Origin: Candidatus Versatilivorator sp.
Lineage (GTDB): Bacteria; Acidobacteriota; Terriglobia; Versatilivoradales; Versatilivoraceae
Assembly: GCA_965207735.1 (NCBI GenBank)
Contig: OZ242296.1
Coordinates: 4,320,001 to 4,384,000, forward strand
DNA length: 64,000 nucleotides
Direction of reading: 5' to 3'
Shown piece after piece: positions 39,054 through 47,898 of this stretch (position 1 is its first letter; each line of letters opens with the position of its first letter). Under the pieces are notes generated by a model, which saw nothing but the letters and a program-made list of their open reading frames with translations, was not told the origin of the DNA and did not search any database. The position numbers and the translations under genes are program-made.

Positions 39054-40307
39054 TCAGGGATAGAGTCCTCTCAGGCGGGTAGCCCTGGCCACTCGCTCGA
39101 TCCCGACCATGCTGGCTGCCGTCCGCATGGGAACCCTTCTGGCCACGGACAGATCCAGAACCGATTTGAAGCTGTGTCTCATAATGGTCTGCAGCCTTTC
39201 GAAGACGTCGGACTCCTCCCAGAAAAGGTGTTGAATGGATTGCACCCACTCCAGATAGGAGACTGTGACTCCCCCAGCATTGCACAGAACGTCCGGGATC
39301 AGGAACACCTCCTTGGCCTGGAGGATCTTGTCCGCGGCAGGGGTGGTGGGACCGTTGGCCGCCTCGGCAACGATCCTGGCCTGGATCCCGGCGGCATTTT
39401 CCTTGGTGATGGAGTCTTCCAACGCCGCAGGGATCAGAACATCGCAGGGACAATGGAGCAAATCCTCAGCCGGCATCGGCTCCGATTCCGGAAAACCCGA
39501 GACACTCCCCGTCTGCTCCTTGTACTCGATGAGCTTGCCGACCGGCAGTCCGTTCCCGTTATAGACACACGCCTGGGAATCGCTGACCCCAATCACCTTG
39601 ACTCCGGCTTCGTCCAGAAGCCGGGCCACCACCGAGCCGGCGTTCCCGAAGCCCTGAACGCACACCTTCAGAGTGTCCAGCTTCAGCTTGAGGTGCTCGG
39701 CGGCACACCCAATGGTGAAGAACACCCCGCGGCCGGTGGCCTGGGAGCGGCCCATGGATCCCCCCAGCTCCAAAGGTTTTCCGGTGACCACTCCCGGAAC
39801 GCAGTAGCCCTTGTTCATGCTGTAGGTGTCCATGATCCAGGCCATTACCTGGGGATTGGTGTAGGCATCCGGTGCCGGAATATCCTTTTCGGGACCGATA
39901 AAGGGAAGGATCTCGTTGGTGAACCTTCGGGTCAACCGTTCCAGCTCACCGCTGCTCATGCTTTTCGGGTTGCAGCAGACACCGCCCTTCCCACCGCCAA
40001 AGGGGATGCCCACGATCGCCGATTTCCAGGTCATCCAGGTCGCCAGCGCCTTCACTTCGTCCAGGTTCACCCTGGGATGATACCTGAGGCCTCCCTTGGC
40101 AGGCCCTCTGGCCGTGCTGTGCTGGACCCGGTAGCCTTCGAAACGCTCGATGCGGCCGTCGTCCAGTCGGACGGGTACGGAAACGATCAGGCAGCGTTCC
40201 GGGTACTTGATCTTGTTTCTCACGTCGTCGTCCAGTTGCAGGAGATCGGCCGCCGCCTCGAACTGCTCCATTGCCATGTCGAATACGCTTTGATGTTCTC
40301 TAGTCAT
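39054..40307 (-). CDS. gdhA: Glu/Leu/Phe/Val dehydrogenase (glutamate dehydrogenase)
   Basis: 'GPAKGGLRYHP', 'PFGGGKGG', 'DIPAPD', 'QGFGNAG', 'EAANGP', 'NAGGVTVSY'. Confidence 0.9.
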   Translation of the reverse strand: MTREHQSVFDMAMEQFEAAADLLQLDDDVRNKIKYPERCLIVSVPVRLDDGRIERFEGYRVQHSTARGPAKGGLRYHPRVNLDEVKALATWMTWKSAIVGIPFGGGKGGVCCNPKSMSSGELERLTRRFTNEILPFIGPEKDIPAPDAYTNPQVMAWIMDTYSMNKGYCVPGVVTGKPLELGGSMGRSQATGRGVFFTIGCAAEHLKLKLDTLKVCVQGFGNAGSVVARLLDEAGVKVIGVSDSQACVYNGNGLPVGKLIEYKEQTGSVSGFPESEPMPAEDLLHCPCDVLIPAALEDSITKENAAGIQARIVAEAANGPTTPAADKILQAKEVFLIPDVLCNAGGVTVSYLEWVQSIQHLFWEESDVFERLQTIMRHSFKSVLDLSVARRVPMRTAASMVGIERVARATRLRGLYP

Positions 40308-40638
40308 GGAGATTCCTCCTCTTTTGAACCGGCCATTCAATAGTAGGGATGCAAACCCTTGTCAACGGTTTGGCTCAGATTGGGGATAGAGGAGAGTTAA
40401 GAGCAAACTGGCACCTTTCCAATCACGCTTGTCTGAAACAACCGACAAAGACAAAAGAAAAAGAGTGATCCACGAAGGGACACTAAGAACGACGAAGGGA
40501 CACCAAGGTATTGAGGTGAACCGCGACGGGATGCCAAGGTCGCGAAGGGATAGCCGATTTCTGATTGTTTCACTTTTGGATGATCTGCCCGACAGGGCAG
40601 GGGCCTCGCTTGCCTGAAACAACCGACAAAAGACAAAG

Positions 40639-42125
40639 GAGCCTTTTGCAAAATTCGCAGATAGCGGGAATTTTCACGTGGGGAAAGATCAAGGAGGGCA
40701 GGTGGAAGGAGGGGCAAGACCACTGTCTGTTGTATCATGAAGGTGTCTGAACCACATGATGAACGGAGGTGGAACTTGCCCCTTAGGGAAACCCTATCAC
40801 GACACTGGTTCCGGTTTCAACGAGAGCTGTTTCCCCTGCTGGAGGAAGTTTTGGGGCCTCTGGGAGAGCGTTACCAGCGGCTGGTGCAGGTATTGGAGTT
40901 GGTGCGGGTGGAGGAGTTGCTGCCTTACAGTCGGGGCTGGCGTGGCCGGCCGCTGGAGGATCGGGCAGTGCTGGCGCGAGCCTATCTGGCGAAGTCGATG
41001 CTGGAGGTGGCGACCACGCGGGGATTGGTGGAGCGGCTGAGGAGTGAGGGGAGGCTGCGGCGGCTGTGCGGCTGGGAGAGGGCGTGGGAGGTACCGAGCG
41101 AGTCGACCTTCTCGCGGGCCTTTGCGGAATTCGCTGAGAGCGACCTGCCGGGGCGTTTGCACGAGGCATTGCTGGAGGAGACGCTGAAGGGCCACTTGGC
41201 GGGGCATGTGTCGAGGGACTCGACGGCGATTGCGGGACGGGAAAAGCCAGCGGCCAAGGCTGCGCCGGAGGCCAAGCGGAAACGCCGGCGGGGCCGGCCG
41301 CCGAAGGGCGAGCGACGGCCCAAGCGGTTGAGCCGGCTGGAGCGGCAGGGGTCGATGACGCTGGAGGAAATGTTGAAGGAGTTGCCCAAGGCCTGCGACA
41401 TCGGCGTCAAGCGCAACGCCAAGGGGCATCAGGAGAGCTGGACCGGCTACAAGCTACACCTCGACGCCATTGACGGCGGGATTCCGGTCAGTTGTCTGCT
41501 GACCTCGGCCTCGGTGCATGACTCTCAGGCAGCCATTCCGCTGGCGACGCTGACGGCAAGGCGGGTCGAGAGTCTCTACGACTTGATGGACAGCGCCTAC
41601 GATGCGCCGGAGATCCGGGCCTTCAGTGAGAAGCTGGGGCATGTGCCGATTATTGACGTCAACCCCCGCCGAAGAGCTACCTTGAAAGCCGAGCGGAAGC
41701 GGGAGGCACTGGCCCGGCGCTGTATCGGCCAAGTGACTCCCGAGGCGCGGCGCTACCGGGAACGCTCGACGGTGGAGCGGGTCAACGGACGGCTCAAGGA
41801 GGAGTTTGGCGGGAGGCAGGTGAGGGTTCGCGGCCCCGACAAGGTGAGGTGCCACCTGATGTTCGGCATTCTGGCCCTGACGGTGGATCAGTTGATGCGC
41901 CTGACGCTCTGAAGACCGGGTTGCCACCCCCAACCGCACAGCAGGTTCGCCCGCCTCAAGGCCGGGAGAGGGTAAGCTGTGCCTGCGTCCGGCGACCGCT
42001 GGCCATCCGGCCATCAGATTCGGGCTTTTTCCTTCAAAAGGGTCTTTGCAGCTGGGTAGTCACCGCCGGAACATCACTGTTGCCAGCCCAATGTCATGCC
42101 CGATTCCGAATTTTGCAAAAGGCTC
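40639..42125 (+). mobile_element. IS5/IS1182-like insertion sequence (1487 bp)
   Basis: 19-bp IRs gagccttttgcaaaattcg / cgaattttgcaaaaggctc; TSD AAAG at 40635-40638 and 42126-42129; family assignment tentative. Confidence 0.9.
40737..41912 (+). CDS. DDE transposase (DDE_Tnp_1-like)
   Basis: 'VPSESTFSRAF', 'RDSTAI', 'GYKLHL', 'MDSAYD', 'Y.ERSTVERVNGRLK'. Confidence 0.92.
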   Translation: MKVSEPHDERRWNLPLRETLSRHWFRFQRELFPLLEEVLGPLGERYQRLVQVLELVRVEELLPYSRGWRGRPLEDRAVLARAYLAKSMLEVATTRGLVERLRSEGRLRRLCGWERAWEVPSESTFSRAFAEFAESDLPGRLHEALLEETLKGHLAGHVSRDSTAIAGREKPAAKAAPEAKRKRRRGRPPKGERRPKRLSRLERQGSMTLEEMLKELPKACDIGVKRNAKGHQESWTGYKLHLDAIDGGIPVSCLLTSASVHDSQAAIPLATLTARRVESLYDLMDSAYDAPEIRAFSEKLGHVPIIDVNPRRRATLKAERKREALARRCIGQVTPEARRYRERSTVERVNGRLKEEFGGRQVRVRGPDKVRCHLMFGILALTVDQLMRLTL

Positions 42126-42273
42126 AAAGAAAAAGACTTATCCACGAAGGGGCACGAAGAACGACGAAGGGCCACTAACCCGCATTTCTCACCAGAGGTA
42201 GGAAGCATCGGTTCTCGGAATCTGGTAAAATACTCTTGTCTAAGGAGTTAACCAGATTCTTAAAGGAGAACCG

Positions 42274-43641
42274 ATGCCGACACAGTGTAACACCAAACCC
42301 CTGGAGTTTGAACCCCACGGCCGCCGCCGCGTGGTGGCTGATTTCGACGGCGGTCCCATCACTTCCGATGCCGGCTCCCTGCTGTTGCGCCGGGTGGATC
42401 GGGGCTTATCTCTCTCCGACCAGGTGGCCGACTGTTTCACCGATCACCGCGACCCCAAGCGGACCCAATACAGCCTGCGCACCCTCATCGCTCAGCGCAT
42501 CCGTGGCATCGCCCTCGGCTACGAGGATCTCATCGACCACGACCAACTCCGTCACGATCCCCTCATGGCCTTGTTTTCAGAGAAAGGCCGTCGTGGCGAC
42601 TCGCCTCCCCTGGCAGGCAAGAGCACCCTCAACCGACTCGAACACGCCCCCACCCAAGGCCCCACCCGCTACCACAAGATTGACCACGACCCCGAGGCCT
42701 TGCAAGCCCTCCTGGTGAAACTGTTTCTGCAAGCCCATCCCCAACCCCCCGATGAGATCATCCTCGACCTCGACGCCACTGACGATCCCCTCCACGGGGA
42801 ACAAGAGGACCGCTTCTTCCACGGCTACTACCGAGGCTACTGCTACCTGCCCCTCTACATCTTCTCGGGCCGCCATCTGCTCTCGGCCCTGCTCAGACCC
42901 GCCAACATCGATGCCTCCGCCGGCGCTCTGGAGCAGGTCCAGCGCATCGTCTCCCGCCTACGGCGTGTCTGGCCTCAGGTCAAGATCCTGCTGCGGGCCG
43001 ACTCCGGCTTTGCCCGTGAGGAGCTGATGGGGTGGTGTGAGCAGCATCAGGTCGACTATCTCTTCGGCCTGGCCCGCAACTCCCGCCTCCAAGACGCCAT
43101 CGCCCCCGAGTTGGCTCAGGCCCAGGCCCTCTCAGACCAGCAACAGCAGCCCGCCCGGATCTTCACCGACCTCTCCTACCGCACTCACAAGAGCTGGTCC
43201 CACGAGCGCCGCCTGGTCGCCAAAGCCGAGGTCCTGCCCCGCGGCCCCAACCCCCGCTTCGTCGTCACCTCTCTGTCGGTCCAGGACTACCCCGCCCAGT
43301 TCCTCTATGAGAAGATCTACTGTGCCCGCGGTGAGATGGAAAACCGCATCAAGGAGCAGCAACTCGACCTGTTTGCCGATCGCACCTCCACCCACTCCTT
43401 CCGGGCGAATCAGCTCCGGCTCCTGATGACCTCTTTCGCCTATGTGCTGGTGGAGGGCTTGCGCCGGCGGGCGCTGCAATCCACCTGCCTGGCCCGGGCC
43501 ACCGTCGGTTCCATCAGACTCAAACTGCTCAAGATCGGCGCTCAGGTCACCATCTCGGTCCGTCGCATCAAGGTCGCCATGGCTTCCGGATGTCCTTACC
43601 AGAGGGAGTTCCGCATCGCTTGGGCTCACCTGCCGCCCTGA
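42274..43641 (+). CDS. IS1380-family transposase (protein identical to 10355-11722)
   Basis: Identical translated ORF. Confidence 0.95.
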   Translation: MPTQCNTKPLEFEPHGRRRVVADFDGGPITSDAGSLLLRRVDRGLSLSDQVADCFTDHRDPKRTQYSLRTLIAQRIRGIALGYEDLIDHDQLRHDPLMALFSEKGRRGDSPPLAGKSTLNRLEHAPTQGPTRYHKIDHDPEALQALLVKLFLQAHPQPPDEIILDLDATDDPLHGEQEDRFFHGYYRGYCYLPLYIFSGRHLLSALLRPANIDASAGALEQVQRIVSRLRRVWPQVKILLRADSGFAREELMGWCEQHQVDYLFGLARNSRLQDAIAPELAQAQALSDQQQQPARIFTDLSYRTHKSWSHERRLVAKAEVLPRGPNPRFVVTSLSVQDYPAQFLYEKIYCARGEMENRIKEQQLDLFADRTSTHSFRANQLRLLMTSFAYVLVEGLRRRALQSTCLARATVGSIRLKLLKIGAQVTISVRRIKVAMASGCPYQREFRIAWAHLPP

Positions 43642-43863
43642 GGTGCCCTGACCCGACCGTCACTCCTGGCCCTTGAAGACGCGGCCACCAGGCCCGATGG
43701 CAGAGGTGTCGCTGTTTTCGAGGGAAAATGCCGCCTGAGGTTCCTCGGAGAGCCTCAGAAGCCTCCGCTGTTGGCCTTTGCCTACCGATCCAGCCACCAA
43801 CGTTGTTAAACTCGGCCTCAAATGCCTCCATGGCCCCTTTTACCGCTCCTGTGCGAACTCTGG

Positions 43864-44732
43864 GTAGAGTCGAGGACTGGCGCGTTGACTATAGGGTCCG
43901 GTGGCTATTCCGTCGCTTTCGCTTCGGGCCTCAGTCCGGCTCCCTTATCACGTTTCCAGTCCCCGCTCTCCGAACCGGACGTGCGGTTTTCCCGCATCTC
44001 GGCTCTCCAGTGGGATCATGCGTCTCGCACACAGGTCCCCGCTCGCATCCGTGGACGACTCCTATGGGATTGGCACCCGTCCCCCACTCCATCCACTTCC
44101 GCTCCCGGGTTGCCGCCAGGCCTGTTGATGCCCTGACGACGCCGTCCTCCTCCGACGACCCTTTCACTTTTGCATGTGATGCTTCCGGAGTCTCCGGCCC
44201 TTTTTTGGTCGGGGTTTCAGGCTTTCGCCACTCCCGGGACCCTTCCCCCTTCGGTCACCGCTCCTCACCTGAGGCCCCTTCCCTCCACCGGTATTACCCG
44301 GCTTCTCCGGTACTACAGGCCTCTCCGCCACCCTGTCGGCCTAGACTGACTCTCGCGAGCTTCCGGTTCGGTGCGTGCCTCACCACCCACAGGGCTTCCC
44401 ATGTTGCTGCCTTCTTCCCCTTCCATGCGTGCCAGCGCCACTACCCCGGCGGGTCCAAAGGGGTGCCCGCGTCGCTCGCTTCCCCCTCCGTCTTCGGCCT
44501 TCCCCATTTCTCAGGTGGGTCGGCCCCCGCATTGCCCGTTTCGAGGCCTGCTCGACGTTCACTCGCGTTCCGGCCCGCATGCTCGCTGAACCGCCTTAAG
44601 CGGCCCTTTGACACCAGAGGGCTTCAGACCATATCGTTACCTCCATGATCCGCCCTGGCTGCTACCAACCGGAGCGACAGTTGTTGGACGGGTTTCGCAC
44701 CCGTTGGAAGAAGGCGCCTTTCCATGGCGCAC
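43864..44732 (-). ncRNA. ORF-less group II intron (IIB-like), 869 nt
   Basis: Minus strand starts GUGCG and ends ...CUCUAC. 34-nt domain V GAGCCGAGAUGCGGGAAAACCGCACGUCCGGUUC (43972-44005) with AGC triad. Domain VI stem with bulged A 7 nt from the end. EBS1 loop UGAGAAA (44507-44513) is complementary to the 5' exon UUUCUCA. Precise removal restores the IS IR. Confidence 0.93.
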
Positions 44733-45132
44733 TGAGAAATGCGGGCTAAGGCGCTGAGGTTAACCGCGACGGGATACCAAGTTCGCGAAAGAATTGTCGA
44801 TTTCCGATTGTTTCACCCTCGGATGATCTGCCCGAAAGGGCAGGGGCTCGGCTTGTCTGAAACAACCGAGAAAAGAGTGATCCACGAAGACACACGAAGG
44901 ACCACTAAGGGCCAATAAGGCATTGAGGTGAACCGCGACGGGATTCCACGCTCGCGAAGGGATGATCGATTTCTGATTGCTTTACTCTCGAATGAACCGC
45001 ACTGCAGGTCGGGGCCGGACCAAACATGCACGCCGGTCTTGGCCGGAATCCCTGCCCTGCAATCCCATCGCCTTTCGACACCGATTAAGATACACTGGAG
45101 CCAACGATAGACTTTGAACCGGAGGGGGACTC

Positions 45133-45897
45133 ATGTGGGGCGTCAATCCTGTCACCGTCTTCTTCATTCTGGTGGTTGCCCTATGGTTGATCAATTCGAT
45201 CAATGTCTTGAGGGAATATGAGCGAGGCGTGATCTTCAGACTGGGGCGCCTGCTGGCTCAACCCAAGGGCCCCGGCCTTATCTTCGTCTTCTGGCCCATC
45301 GATCGCATTGTCCGCGTGTCCCTGCGAACCGTCGCTCTGGACGTTCCCACCCAGGACATCATCACCAGCGATAACGTCTCGGCGAAGGTCAATGCGGTGG
45401 TCTATTTTCGCGTGCTCGACGCCACCAAGGCGGTGGTCGAGGTTGAGAACTACCTATACGCCACCTCCCAGCTTTCGCAAACCACCCTGCGATCCGTTCT
45501 GGGCGAGGTCATGCTGGACGACCTGCTCAGCCGACGGGAGACGCTCAACATGAAACTCCAGGCTATCCTGGACAAGCAGACCGACCCCTGGGGGATCAAG
45601 GTCTCCCTGGTCGAAGTCAAGGCGGTGGACCTGCCTCAGGAGATGCAGCGGGCCATGGCCAAGCAGGCCGAGGCGGAGCGTGAAAAACGCGCCAAGATCA
45701 TTCACGCCGATGGCGAGTTCCAAGCGGCCGGCAAGCTGGCCGAAGCCGCCCACGTGATAGCCCGGCAACCGGTGGCTCTTCAACTCCGCTACCTCCAGAC
45801 CTTGACCGAAATCGGTGTCGAGAAGAACAACACCCTGGTGTTTCCCCTGCCCCTCAATCTCATCGATGCCATCATGAGCCTGAAGAAGAAGTCCTGA
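45133..45897 (+). CDS. Slipin / SPFH (band 7, stomatin-like) protein
   Basis: '[11 protein letters not shown]', 'QTTLRSVLG', 'WGIKV..VE.K', '[12 protein letters not shown]', '[10 protein letters not shown]'. Confidence 0.93.
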   Translation: MWGVNPVTVFFILVVALWLINSINVLREYERGVIFRLGRLLAQPKGPGLIFVFWPIDRIVRVSLRTVALDVPTQDIITSDNVSAKVNAVVYFRVLDATKAVVEVENYLYATSQLSQTTLRSVLGEVMLDDLLSRRETLNMKLQAILDKQTDPWGIKVSLVEVKAVDLPQEMQRAMAKQAEAEREKRAKIIHADGEFQAAGKLAEAAHVIARQPVALQLRYLQTLTEIGVEKNNTLVFPLPLNLIDAIMSLKKKS

Positions 45898-46038
45898 CTC
45901 CTGTCGGTTGCGGAGCAGCCCATTGGGGGTGAAACAGGGGACTCGGGCAAGTGCCTCTCCAGGTTTGACACCGGATCAGCCGCATTTCTATACTGGATTT
46001 GTGGCCGCTACCCCAACTCCAACCCAGGTCTGACATAG

Positions 46039-46200
46039 CCCGCATTTCTCACCCGGCCGCTGGATTCACAATGAAAGGCCATTTATTTTCAGCAACTTGT
46101 TGGTCCGATGGTGATGCCTTGCGGTTACATACGGTGCTGGGCGCGCCCTGGCTTGCCCTTTTCCTGCACCATGATCACGCCTCCTGGTGAGAAATGCGGA
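46039..46200. mobile_element. MITE-like element with IS1380-type ends (~162 bp)
   Basis: cccgcatttctcacc at 46039 and ggtgagaaatgcgga ending at 46200; no clear TSD (atag vs ctgg). Confidence 0.75.
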
Positions 46201-46203
46201 CTG

Positions 46204-47829
46204 GTGACCGGTCCCGGCAAAACCGGCAGGTGCGGGGCTGCCAGGCAGCATTGGCGCCGCGCCGCCGTTGCCATCACCCTCATCCTCGCGTCATCCACGC
46301 TTCCCGCCGACTCATCCCCCGCGGATGCTCAATCCGAAACGCACTTGGCCAACGCTTCCCGGCTCATTCGGGACGGAGACCTGCGGAATGCCGAAACCGA
46401 GTTGCGACAGGCGGTAGAGCTGGTTCCCGACAATCCCGCTTATCTTGCCAGGCTGGGCCAAGTTCTGGGAATGCAGAACAGGATGGAGGAAGCTGCCCGC
46501 TACTACCGCCGGGCCTTGAAACTGGCGCCCGACAGTCTGGCCATTCGCCGCAATCTGGCGTTGACCCAGTGGTCTCGGCGCCGGTTTGCAGAAGCCAAGG
46601 CCAATCTGGAGCAGGTGCTTGCCAAGATTCCCGACGACGAGCTCACTCGGTTCCTGCTGGGAATGATTCTGGTGAATTCGGGAGAATATGCCCGGGCAGT
46701 TAGGCTGCTGGAGTCGGTGCCGGAACGGGTGCGCGGCGAAGGGGAAGCGGTGGCCGCTTTGGCCAGGGCGCAATACGGCCTGGGCAACAGGGAACAGGCC
46801 CGGGGCACATTGGAGTCGCTGGCGCTCAACCGGTCATTGCCCCCCGGCGGTGTCCATGCCTGCGCCGAGGCGGCTGCCAATGCCGAAGATTACGCCACCG
46901 CCGAGAAACTCTTCCTGTCCATCCGTTCCACTTTTCCCGACGCCGCGGCTCTGAGCTACCGGATTGCCCTCATGCAGTTCCGATCCAACAGGATCGACCG
47001 CAGCCGCCAAACTCTGCTGGAGGCGATCGGGAAGGGCCAACGCTCCGGACCGATCCACAATTTGCTGGGTCACTGTTTCGCGGCTCAGAACCAGTTGCAA
47101 AGCGCCGTTGGCTCCTTCGAACAGGCCATGGAACTGGAGCCGGCCGAGGAATCCCACTATCTGGATGCCGTACAGCTTCTTGCCGAGCACCAGATTTGGC
47201 GGGTCCTGATCCGAATCGCCGAAAAGGGAGTGGCTCGCATCCCTCAATCGGACCGTCTCTATCGGATGAAGGGCCTGGCCGAAACGGCCATGCTCTACAG
47301 CCAGGATTCCGTCCGATCCTATCGGCGGGCCCTTGAAATCAATCCGGATTCGGCCAAAGCCAACCTGGGGCTGGCCATAGCCCAGCGATCCTCAGGAAGG
47401 CGAGAGGCTGCCGCCACCACTCTCGAGAAGGGTATCCGGAAGTTCCCCGACCACGGAGCCCACTATCAGGAATATGGCCTGATGCTCCTCAGAGCCGGAG
47501 AGACCGGGGACGACGACGCCCTGAAACGAGCCGTTGCCCTGCTGCAGAAAGCCGTCGAGCTGGATGACTCGCTTCCCGAAGCGCACTACCAACTCGGCCG
47601 GCTGGCCCTGGAAAGCGGCCGGGCCGGTGAGGCGCTCCCCTACCTGGAAACCGTCGCCGGACTGACCCCCGATCAGAGCAAGGTCCACTTTCTGCTGGCG
47701 CGGGCCTACCGCCGCCTGGGGCGCGGCGAGGAGGCGCAATCTCATTTGAAGATCTTTCGCCGGATGAAGGCGGCCGAGGAGTCCAGGAGAGAGTCCGACG
47801 CGGGAAGCGAGCTACCTCAAAACGGTTGA
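46204..47829 (+). CDS. Tetratricopeptide repeat protein
   Basis: Multiple TPRs ('A...LRQAVEL.PDNP.YLA.LG..L'); signal-like N-terminus. Start uncertain: the ORF is open from 46108 inside the MITE. Confidence 0.88.
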   Translation: MTGPGKTGRCGAARQHWRRAAVAITLILASSTLPADSSPADAQSETHLANASRLIRDGDLRNAETELRQAVELVPDNPAYLARLGQVLGMQNRMEEAARYYRRALKLAPDSLAIRRNLALTQWSRRRFAEAKANLEQVLAKIPDDELTRFLLGMILVNSGEYARAVRLLESVPERVRGEGEAVAALARAQYGLGNREQARGTLESLALNRSLPPGGVHACAEAAANAEDYATAEKLFLSIRSTFPDAAALSYRIALMQFRSNRIDRSRQTLLEAIGKGQRSGPIHNLLGHCFAAQNQLQSAVGSFEQAMELEPAEESHYLDAVQLLAEHQIWRVLIRIAEKGVARIPQSDRLYRMKGLAETAMLYSQDSVRSYRRALEINPDSAKANLGLAIAQRSSGRREAAATTLEKGIRKFPDHGAHYQEYGLMLLRAGETGDDDALKRAVALLQKAVELDDSLPEAHYQLGRLALESGRAGEALPYLETVAGLTPDQSKVHFLLARAYRRLGRGEEAQSHLKIFRRMKAAEESRRESDAGSELPQNG

Positions 47830-47898
47830 GCCCACCCGGATCTTGGAAGTCCAATAGCCTGCCAGCCACAAGAGGGTCTGGACCAGGAGCATGAACCG

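Larger units (their letters stand above)
42179..44745 (+). mobile_element. IS1380-family copy 2, right IR interrupted by a group II intron
   Basis: Left IR at 42179; right IR split into ctctgg (43858-43863) and tgagaaatgcggg (44733-44745); TSD CTAA at 42175-42178 and 44746-44749. Confidence 0.95.
40427..45021 (+). repeat. Tandem array of three ~170-180-bp units; unit 2 is interrupted by two IS elements
   Basis: Units start gcttg(t/c)ctgaaacaaccga at 40427, 40608 and 44851; unit 2 = 40608-40638 + 42130-42178 + 44750-44850. Confidence 0.88.

Noticed and set aside
44526-44580. EBS2 candidates (minus strand aatgcggg at 44526-44533, atgcgggc at 44573-44580) complementary to the IR
   Set aside because: Both match the exon, but the first probably pairs internally with cccgc in domain I and the second lies in a motif-like region; cannot be assigned without a structure model
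43728-44648. 306-aa plus-strand ORF and other small ORFs over the intron
   Set aside because: Antisense to the intron RNA, no recognisable motifs, no RT domains
40427-45021. Repeat array as a CRISPR array
   Set aside because: Units are ~180 bp and similar along their whole length; no short repeat/unique spacer pattern and no cas genes
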